A stretch of DNA of 46,382 bases. Source: Nitrosotalea sp. (lineage in GTDB: Archaea > Thermoproteota > Nitrososphaeria > Nitrososphaerales > Nitrosopumilaceae). The translations under genes and the position numbers were made by a program. The stretch is from assembly GCA_023252335.1 (NCBI GenBank), contig JAJPEA010000001.1:1-46382 (forward strand), in the 5' to 3' direction. This document shows, piece after piece, positions 38,753-46,382 of this stretch (within the stretch, counting starts at the first letter, position 1; each line of letters opens with the position of its first letter). The notes under the pieces are model-generated. The model saw only the letters and a list, made by a program, of their open reading frames with translations. It ran no database searches and was not told the origin of the DNA.

Positions 38753-40830
38753 ACTCGGTTATAATGACCAGGTTTGGATTCATAAATAGCTGACTCTCTT
38801 TGCAATTTTTTAAGATATTTTCTTGATTCATCTTCTGTAAATTTGCCAGTCTTGACAAGTTCTTTGACAAATGCTTTTTCCTCAACAGGTCTTTTTTCAT
38901 CGCCTTCAAGTGATTTCATAACATCCATGAATAGTTGCATCTTTGAGACCTCACTGTGAGGACGTCCTTGAAGAACTCCGAGATCAACTTTTCCCGTATT
39001 AACATCAACTCCTGCGTCTTGCAACATACTCTGCATAAGAAAGATTGCTCGTTCTGCATCTTCACCATCAACTTGTGTCTTCATCAATAATCTGGCTCTT
39101 GCGGTTGCCAATCTTACAAGTCCCTCTAATTGTCTGGGTGTTACAGTTATCATTCCTTCAGACTCTACATTTCTCATTGTCATATAATAATTTAGAATCA
39201 GATCTTCTGCTTCTGGAGTAAGATTTGGATCAAATCTCTTTGCATATGAAAGATATTTTGTAAGAATATCAACATCAACTAGAGACTTGGTATCGGTTCC
39301 TGATACTCTATGTAAATTCAATATGTGTCTTGCAATCCTTGTATCTCTTTCTTTTGATGGAATATCTCTAACAACAAAAATAAGATCAAAACGAGTTAAA
39401 AGTGGAACTGGCAGATTAACGTTTTCTGTAATGTTTTTGAAAGGATCATATTTTCCAAACATTGGGTTTGCAGCAGCCAAAATTGAAGTTCTAGCATTCA
39501 ATGTTGCAACAATTCCACCTTTTGCAATACTAACTGATTGTTGTTCCATTGTTTCGTGCAATGCACTTCTATCCTCAGGTTTCATTTTATCAAATTCATC
39601 TATACAGACAAGACCTTGATCACCCAAGACAACAGCGCCAGCCTCAAGCATCATTATACCGATTTTATCTCTTACAACTGCTGCTGTGAGTCCTGCTGCA
39701 GTAGAACCTCTACCAGATGTATAAAGTCCTCTTGGAGCAATTCTTGCACAAAATTTTAACATTTCACTTTTTGCAGTACCAGGATCACCTACCAGAAAGA
39801 CATTGATGTCACCACGAATTTTGGCACCATCAGCAAGAATTTTTTGAGTAGATCCTACAATTAGTAGTAAAATAGCTTCTTTGATTATATCATGTCCGCT
39901 CACATGTGGTGCAAATGAAGCAACTAGTCTATCGTAGATATCTGGATTTTTAACAAGTGATTTGATTATTCTTTCTTCATCAAGAGAAATTTCTTCTCGT
40001 TCAGTGCTTCTAGAAGTTTTATTTCCACGTCCACGATGAAATTCAATGTTATTTCCTTGAATTCTTAATCTATAGATGCCACTTTTTCCCCGCATAGAAG
40101 GTATGTGTTCTTGTTCAATTCTTACAATTCCTGTTAGTATGATACGATCTCCTGGTCTTGCATTATCAACCAAGTCTTGCAAGACTGTTACATCAAGATA
40201 ATGAGGTAGCTGACCCGGAGGTAAATCTTCTGGCAATTCTTGTAGTCTTACCATTTGAAAATCAATAAACTTGCTTTGTTCTGGATTTATCTCAAGATCT
40301 CTGTGGGTGCATTTTCCATTATCACATTTTAACGGCTCTTTGAATTCTAGACCTTTCTCTTGAATTCTCACTGTCTTGTGGTTATCAGGACAAAAGTAAA
40401 CTAGCTCTTTTGCAAGTGGCTTGATTTCAGAAGATCTAACAACCATACCAGATACACTAATTACTTTTCCAATAACCTCTGCATTTACTTCACGCAAGCT
40501 TCTTTGTGATGGATAGTTGGAAATTCTTACTCTAATATCATGACGAATTTTTTCTGCATATTGAGGAAATCTTTCTTTAAGGATATCTTTTATTGCACCA
40601 CCAAAGGCTCTGAGTATCTCATCAGGATCAGTAGTAAAGACAGATTCAATTTCAGGATATGAGACCAAATCATTATAATCAACTACTATGTATTGTGTTT
40701 TCTTTGCCATCATTTGATCTATCTCATCAACATATTTGTAAACATCAGATTTGTCTTTGAATTGACTCAGAAAATCTTTTACTTGATCTTGTAGTTTACT
40801 CTTGGAAATTGATTCAGGCTGGGCAGTCAT
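38749..40830 (-). CDS. mcm: MCM replicative helicase
   Basis: GDPGTAKS, IDEFDKM, AAANP, TRFDL, TPRQLE; no intein. Confidence 0.97.
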   Translation of the reverse strand: MTAQPESISKSKLQDQVKDFLSQFKDKSDVYKYVDEIDQMMAKKTQYIVVDYNDLVSYPEIESVFTTDPDEILRAFGGAIKDILKERFPQYAEKIRHDIRVRISNYPSQRSLREVNAEVIGKVISVSGMVVRSSEIKPLAKELVYFCPDNHKTVRIQEKGLEFKEPLKCDNGKCTHRDLEINPEQSKFIDFQMVRLQELPEDLPPGQLPHYLDVTVLQDLVDNARPGDRIILTGIVRIEQEHIPSMRGKSGIYRLRIQGNNIEFHRGRGNKTSRSTEREEISLDEERIIKSLVKNPDIYDRLVASFAPHVSGHDIIKEAILLLIVGSTQKILADGAKIRGDINVFLVGDPGTAKSEMLKFCARIAPRGLYTSGRGSTAAGLTAAVVRDKIGIMMLEAGAVVLGDQGLVCIDEFDKMKPEDRSALHETMEQQSVSIAKGGIVATLNARTSILAAANPMFGKYDPFKNITENVNLPVPLLTRFDLIFVVRDIPSKERDTRIARHILNLHRVSGTDTKSLVDVDILTKYLSYAKRFDPNLTPEAEDLILNYYMTMRNVESEGMITVTPRQLEGLVRLATARARLLMKTQVDGEDAERAIFLMQSMLQDAGVDVNTGKVDLGVLQGRPHSEVSKMQLFMDVMKSLEGDEKRPVEEKAFVKELVKTGKFTEDESRKYLKKLQRESAIYESKPGHYNRV

Positions 40831-41351
40831 TTTTTATCACCCATTATTTGTTGTTTAAATTCAGCACTGTTGTCATGAATATAATCAAACAAGGTTCTTT
40901 CTTCTATGGTCAACTTTTTTGCTAAATCATTAGTCATCTTGGATGAATCTGCCAATCGAATTATCTTTCCTTGTCGTTTACGAATAAGAGAATTCAAGAG
41001 ACTTTCTATTTTATCACGATCTTCTTGTGGAAGTCTACGTGTAAACGAATTCACTTTGATGTAAAAGTCAAGATCTAATGTAGAAAGATCAAAATCGCCT
41101 TGTACATTTTCTTTCATAACTGCCTGCTTTAATGCCACAATCATATCGGTGTCTTGCACCTCAACCAATTTTTCTGAAGATAACACTTCAGCTATCCATC
41201 TGGATATACTCAACATATCACCCTGTTTGGCCTCTACTGATGTCAAGGGCGCATCTATTTTCAGATCGTGTGTAAAATTGACTTTGACATCCTGTAGGCG
41301 ATATCCTATGCTATGTATCTGTATGAGTTCTGAAATGTGCAATTTACTCAA
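40827..41351 (-). CDS. GINS subunit (Gins23-like)
   Basis: Immediately upstream of mcm; WIAEVL, RxxKIIRLA, LTIEE; GGAGG just upstream of the TTG start. Confidence 0.8.
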   Translation of the reverse strand: MSKLHISELIQIHSIGYRLQDVKVNFTHDLKIDAPLTSVEAKQGDMLSISRWIAEVLSSEKLVEVQDTDMIVALKQAVMKENVQGDFDLSTLDLDFYIKVNSFTRRLPQEDRDKIESLLNSLIRKRQGKIIRLADSSKMTNDLAKKLTIEERTLFDYIHDNSAEFKQQIMGDKK

Positions 41352-41643
41352 TCCTCCTTTGAGCCACTAAAGGGATCGATCGATCAATTCTGTTAACCAT
41401 TTTGTGCGATCATTTGATCTAGAGTCCATCTGTACAAATTTGTTCCTGTAATAACTAAAATATGCATCCTCTCATTTAACATGAAATCTCAAGTCACCAT
41501 TCCCAACAATTGGCTTTTTTTTCAACCATAATAACAATCGGTTATAATAGTAACACCCTGATGATGTCCCTTTAAGCATATGACAGTAATTTACATAATT
41601 TCTTAAACTTAATTTTATTAGTAAGTGAAAGACGTATGTCCCT

Positions 41644-42597
41644 ATGACTGAATCTTCAATGTGGGTAGAAAAATATCGTCCTACCAAGATCTCATCAATC
41701 ATAAACCAAAAAGAAATAGTTGGTAGTTTACGATCTCTTTTAAAAAATACATCTGAAATGCCGCATTTACTATTTTCAGGCTCTGCGGGGGTCGGTAAAA
41801 CTACTACTGCATTATGTCTTGCAAGAGAGATCTTGGGAGATTCATGGCATGAACACACTTTGGAATTGAATGCTTCTGATGAACGCGGTATTAACATGGT
41901 CAGAGAAAGAGTAAAGAAATTTGCAAGATTTTCAGGTTTAGACACCAGTATTCCTTTCAAGCTTATAATTTTGGATGAAGCAGATGAGATGACTTCAGAC
42001 GCCCAAACTGCCCTGAGAAGGATTATTGAAGATACTGCAAAACATTGTAGATTTATCATGATTGCAAACAACATATCAAAGATTATAGAACCTCTGCAGA
42101 GTAGATGTGCAGTTTTCAGATTTACAAGAATATCTGAAGAGGACATAATTGTACATTTGGAAGAGATTTGTAAAAAAGAGAAAATAAAGTATACTCAAGA
42201 GGGTTTGAAAACTTTATACCAACATTCAGAAGGAGATATGCGCCACTCCATAAACATGTTACAAGCAACAGCAAGTGTTGGAATAATAAATGAAGATAAT
42301 GTAAAAACCTCTGCAGGACTTGCTAAAACAAGCGATGTAAGTGTAATTTTGAAACTTGCGCTTGGAGGAAAAGTTTCAGAGGCCAGAAGCAAAATGATTG
42401 AACTCATCAAAGTTTATGGAATGTCCGAGTCAGACTTTTTGAAATATCTAAATGAAGAATGTTACAAAATTAAGACTGGTCATTTATCTCAAATGTTAGA
42501 AGCCATAGCAAAATATGATTATAGGTTAATCATAGGAGCCAATCCAGAGATTCAGCTGTCTGCATTATTGGCAGAACTTGGAAATATAGAAAAATAA
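41644..42597 (+). CDS. rfcS: Replication factor C small subunit
   Basis: WVEKYRP, GVGKTT, LNASDERG, DEADEM, LQSRC. Confidence 0.95.
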   Translation: MTESSMWVEKYRPTKISSIINQKEIVGSLRSLLKNTSEMPHLLFSGSAGVGKTTTALCLAREILGDSWHEHTLELNASDERGINMVRERVKKFARFSGLDTSIPFKLIILDEADEMTSDAQTALRRIIEDTAKHCRFIMIANNISKIIEPLQSRCAVFRFTRISEEDIIVHLEEICKKEKIKYTQEGLKTLYQHSEGDMRHSINMLQATASVGIINEDNVKTSAGLAKTSDVSVILKLALGGKVSEARSKMIELIKVYGMSESDFLKYLNEECYKIKTGHLSQMLEAIAKYDYRLIIGANPEIQLSALLAELGNIEK

Positions 42598-42808
42598 TAG
42601 CGCAGAGAGAGCGTTTCAGTATTTTGAAATAGTTTTGGTTTTTTCGGGTGTTGTCTATATGCAGTTGTAGAGTTTGTTTCTAAAAAAGGATTGAGTAAAA
42701 CAATAAAAATGAAATGACGGTGCGATGATTTCAATGTCATTGCCACAACAATTTCCTGCTTTTGTAATTATGGAATACCAATATTGAAGTGGTGGCCATT
42801 CACCTGTG

Positions 42809-45775
42809 TTATGGCCCGCCAGAACAGTTGTTTGTGCAAGAGTACCACGCATCAAGGCTGGCCCCCACAGTTGCTGCCCTGGGCCTGACGGTACTGTTGT
42901 TGTCACCCCAGTACTGGAAGATCACATCATGCGTAGAACCATGGCAGCTGTCGCAGTCAGTGGGGTAGACATAGTATGTCGCAGTTGGGTTGAGGCCTGT
43001 GAAATTGAAGCCGTTCTCGTCTGCAAAGCCGCCCTCAATGAACCCCCCGACGGAGTTGTACAGTGCAATCCACATTGATGCGCCAGGCCCAGTTCCTGCG
43101 CTACACGTGATGGCAAAGCATGGATCCCAGTAGGGGGCCGGAATCCTGTGGGCGTATACTGTTATTGTCGAAGCAATAGAAGCTGAAGGCGTTGCACTTG
43201 CCTCGTTTGAGGCAGCAGATGTGCCGGCAGAGTTTACAGCCTTGACTGTATAGTAGTATGTCTGGCCGTTTGTCAGGCCGGTGTCGGCATATGTGGATGT
43301 AGTGACAGTGGCAACAGGTACGCTTGATTCACCGCCGGCTGTTGTGCCGCGGTACACGTTGTATCCTGTTATGGCAGAGCCGCCGTTTGATGATGGTGCT
43401 GACCATGATAGCGAAACCTGGGCATTGCCTGCAGTTGCTACAAGGCCTGTTGGTGACTGTGGAACTGTGACTGTGCTTGGAGGTGAGCCACTACCTGTGG
43501 AGTTGATTGTCGTTACACGATAAGTGTAGACATTGCCGCCGTAGGCACTGACAGGATCCTGCGTTGTTGCCACTAGGCCGTTACTAGAGTCATATACGTT
43601 TATGGCCACTGCCAGCGGAAAGTGGTACTTGGCTATGTTGATCTGGGCTGTCCCAGAGGTAACAGGAGAACTTTCAAGAACGCTGCCAGAGGAGCCTACA
43701 AGTCTGACCGTGGCGGCATTTGGCGGCAGGTTGTTTACGGTTATGTCCTGGCCAGTGGTCGCATAGAAGTCCTTGTAGATGCCCTCCAAGAGAGATGGAC
43801 CATACGACGTCTCGGACTCGAGTCCTGCTTGCATGTTGCTTGTTGCAGAGGGCTTGAGCTGCAGGTTAAGTGAGCTGTTTGTGTATACCAAGATGTGATC
43901 CAGATATACAGCCAAAAAGTTGGTGCCGTTTGTCACTATGGTGCAGTCACGTTTTAGAGGCTGGCCTGGGCTTGTGTCCGTATACAGCACGTTGTATTGG
44001 TTGGCAGTTGTGGTATTGCCAGTGGCTGCAACAACTGACCAGTAGGTGTCGTCGGACTGAGTGATTGCCACGCATGTGGCATAGTTTATCTGGTCTGGGT
44101 CATCTGCATAGAGCCCGCCCTGAAAGTCCATCCCAGTAGTATTGAGTGAGCGCACCTTGACAGTCACAACCGCATGGAGCAAAGATACTCCAAGTGGCGG
44201 GCTTGCTGCGGTATAGCCGCCGTATGTGCCGTTGGATGGTGCCTTGACGCCAATGTGCAGCCCCTGCTGGTTCTCATACACGCTATAAGTTGGAGTATCA
44301 CCACCATAGCTCCAAAATTGCTGGCTTGCCTGTAGCTGCTGCAGGGTGGCTGTTTGATTGTTTAGCGGATCATGTGCCACAAGGCCTGATTGCGCAAGGC
44401 TTGGGCTTGCGGTGAGGTTTGCCACATAGGCGTCGCCCCCAAAGATGCCAGAGACAGCAGGCGTTGAGCCGATCTTGTTGTTGTTCATGTCTTGCAAGAC
44501 TATGCTTCCGTTCACGGGCTCCAGATACCTGCCAAGGTCCAGTACTGCGCTGCCAGATTTTACAGGGGAAGAGGCAATCGTGTTGCCTGCGGTATCGACT
44601 AGGTTTACTGTTGATGTGCCTGGAGGTGCACCGGATAGTGTCATGTTCTCACTTGTTGTCTCGTAATAGTTGTTGTAAGTACCGTACAAGAGCTGCCCTG
44701 CGTATGAGGACTGGGGCTCCATGTAGACATTAAACGGCATGGGCATTTGCAGGTTCAGGTTGCTGCCTGCATATACCAGGGCGCCATCAAGGTACACCTT
44801 GAGGTAATTGTCACCATTGGTTACAATTGTGCAGTCCCGGGTGAGCGACTGGTTTGGAGAATTGTCCACCCAGAGAAGATCAAACTGTGTAGCCGATGTG
44901 GCAGTACCGGAGGCGTGCACTACGACCCAGACCGTGCCAACGTTGTTTGTAACGGAGACGCATGTGACATAGTTTATGGACCCTTGTGCAGTCTGCACAT
45001 ACATGCCGTTCTGGAAGTAGTTGTTGTTGCTTGGAACAGTTCTCACTGGCGCTGTCAGTGCTGCATGAAAGAGAGTGGATGTGGTGTTGGGGCCCGCAGC
45101 ATAAAAGCCGGCATACGTGCCGTTGGATGGGGCCTTGACGCCAATGTGCAGCCCTTGCGGATCCTCATAGTACGAGTAGGTGGCATTCTCCGCCGGCGCG
45201 TCCCCTCCGTAGACCCAGTACCTAGAGTCGGCAGATAGCTGCTGCTGTGTTGCAGTCTTGTTGTTTAGCGGATCAAATTCTGCCAGGCCGCACTTTGCTC
45301 TGGATGCAGTATACGCGTATGCGCTTGAGCTATTTGCATTTGGTGGGCATCCTACAAGGGGGTCTGGGGTGACGGTCGGCCCGTGCGGTATGCCGTAAGG
45401 ATAAAAGTCAATCTTTGTGTGAAGGTGAAACTTGTGGGTCTTTCCATTCATGGGCACCATCATTGTGCCATTGTCATAGTATCCTACGCCGTTTGGCAGA
45501 AAGTGTTCCCCATTGCCGCCTGAGGGGTGGGCTGTTGCTGACGTGGAATCCAAGTTAGTATCGTTTGTGTCCCCTGCTGTTGCTGACGTGGAATCCAAGT
45601 TAGTATCGTTTGTGTCCCCTGCTGTTGCTGACGTCTCATTTGCAGGATTGTCAGGTACAGCAAGAACTTCTGGCAGGCCAGCTGCGGCAAGCATGATAAC
45701 TAGAATCATTCCGGTGCGGAGTGCCGAAAACATCATCTGTATTTTCATTACCTGCTTGTTTAACTGACTATGCAT
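42809..45775 (-). CDS. Large secreted/surface protein: signal peptide, 15-aa tandem repeats, two copies of an unknown beta-rich module, fibronectin type III domain, Cys-rich C-terminal domain with CxxCH
   Basis: FN3 signature PQSPTGL...LSWSAP..NGGSAITGYNVYR...YADTGLTNGQTYYYTVKAVN; internal duplication; exact start uncertain. Confidence 0.85.
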   Translation of the reverse strand: MHSQLNKQVMKIQMMFSALRTGMILVIMLAAAGLPEVLAVPDNPANETSATAGDTNDTNLDSTSATAGDTNDTNLDSTSATAHPSGGNGEHFLPNGVGYYDNGTMMVPMNGKTHKFHLHTKIDFYPYGIPHGPTVTPDPLVGCPPNANSSSAYAYTASRAKCGLAEFDPLNNKTATQQQLSADSRYWVYGGDAPAENATYSYYEDPQGLHIGVKAPSNGTYAGFYAAGPNTTSTLFHAALTAPVRTVPSNNNYFQNGMYVQTAQGSINYVTCVSVTNNVGTVWVVVHASGTATSATQFDLLWVDNSPNQSLTRDCTIVTNGDNYLKVYLDGALVYAGSNLNLQMPMPFNVYMEPQSSYAGQLLYGTYNNYYETTSENMTLSGAPPGTSTVNLVDTAGNTIASSPVKSGSAVLDLGRYLEPVNGSIVLQDMNNNKIGSTPAVSGIFGGDAYVANLTASPSLAQSGLVAHDPLNNQTATLQQLQASQQFWSYGGDTPTYSVYENQQGLHIGVKAPSNGTYGGYTAASPPLGVSLLHAVVTVKVRSLNTTGMDFQGGLYADDPDQINYATCVAITQSDDTYWSVVAATGNTTTANQYNVLYTDTSPGQPLKRDCTIVTNGTNFLAVYLDHILVYTNSSLNLQLKPSATSNMQAGLESETSYGPSLLEGIYKDFYATTGQDITVNNLPPNAATVRLVGSSGSVLESSPVTSGTAQINIAKYHFPLAVAINVYDSSNGLVATTQDPVSAYGGNVYTYRVTTINSTGSGSPPSTVTVPQSPTGLVATAGNAQVSLSWSAPSSNGGSAITGYNVYRGTTAGGESSVPVATVTTSTYADTGLTNGQTYYYTVKAVNSAGTSAASNEASATPSASIASTITVYAHRIPAPYWDPCFAITCSAGTGPGASMWIALYNSVGGFIEGGFADENGFNFTGLNPTATYYVYPTDCDSCHGSTHDVIFQYWGDNNSTVRPRAATVGASLDAWYSCTNNCSGGP
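45531..45634. repeat. 45-bp in-frame tandem repeat (2.3 copies)
   Basis: gctgttgctgacgtggaatccaagttagtatcgtttgtgtcccct at 45531 and 45576, partial copy at 45621; encodes TSATAGDTNDTNLDS. Confidence 0.95.
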
Positions 45776-46382
45776 AAATCAATCTAGAATTACAGTACAT
45801 ATTTGATAGATATAATTTTCGTATGTCGCGAAGTACAGTACAATTAGCAGGTGGTGATTTTCTTATACAAAATACGGTACACCAAGACGCAGAAATTCTG
45901 CAGAATCATACATTGTTACGGCGTACCGTTCCATTTTGATATTCAGTAAACACTGTTTAGCACTTGGGACTTTCCCAAAAAAAAATCTGCCTTTTATTCT
46001 GCCTTGGTTTTGTAGCTGGAGACATGGATCTTGACAGATCTCAGCTGCTTCTGGCGTTCTGCCTGACCGAGGAGAGGTATTGGAGATTAAAAAACTGGCT
46101 TGTGCTCAGACGGGGATGTGTATTCCATGCTGCAGTGCCTCATAGCATTGACTGGGCATAAGCAATTTGGAGACCTGCTGTAAATAGTCCTGTCTGCGTT
46201 ACCTTTCATGGTCAGATCCACATCATCACTGGATAGATCTCATGATGTAATGCAGGCGTTATGACTGAAAAATTTACAGATGGCCTTTGAGTTTTCGGGG
46301 TAGTGACATGTCAGAATCCATCTTGTCCGTACAGACTGCCAAATTACAACAGAGCAAGCAAAATACATGGGAATTTATTATT

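Noticed and set aside
41367-41429. 20-aa ORF and cluster of five GATC sites upstream of GINS (possible uORF or origin)
   Set aside because: Too short to support; no ORB-like repeats or cdc6 gene seen
41472-42146. 224-aa minus-strand ORF
   Set aside because: Antisense shadow of rfcS with no recognisable motifs
38749-42597. Inteins in mcm or rfc
   Set aside because: Protein lengths are normal and motifs are uninterrupted
45531-45634. Possible CRISPR array
   Set aside because: Units are contiguous with no spacers, are in frame within a CDS, and no cas genes are present
45964-46382. 65-aa ORF and coding-like sequence at the window end
   Set aside because: All frames are interrupted and no family is recognisable; possibly a pseudogene but unsupported

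Overview
A core-genome segment of an ammonia-oxidising archaeon (Nitrososphaerota/Thaumarchaeota; most likely Nitrosotalea/Nitrosopumilales-like, inferred from gene content and order). It carries an 11-subunit complex I operon (nuoABCDHIJKMLN, no nuoEFG), the acetyl/propionyl-CoA carboxylase of the 3HP/4HB cycle, succinate dehydrogenase (sdhACDB), argH, ilvE, Alba, a GINS-MCM-Hel308-AglH operon, both RFC subunits and a polyprenyl synthase. There are three intact tRNAs: Glu with a T-loop intron, Ala and Pro. The most interesting unexplained items are: (1) a 376-aa hypothetical that aligns motif-by-motif with isoprenyl-diphosphate synthases but has altered catalytic motifs; (2) a secreted beta-rich domain present three times in two genes at opposite ends of the window, the larger gene being GC-rich and ending in a CxxCH-containing domain; (3) back-to-back 3' fragments of tRNA-Asp and tRNA-Lys; (4) an MscS with a duplicated beta domain; (5) a 5'-truncated DUF59 gene and a one-base frameshift separating a start codon from its signal peptide. 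All product calls come from motif recognition by eye; no database searches were run.
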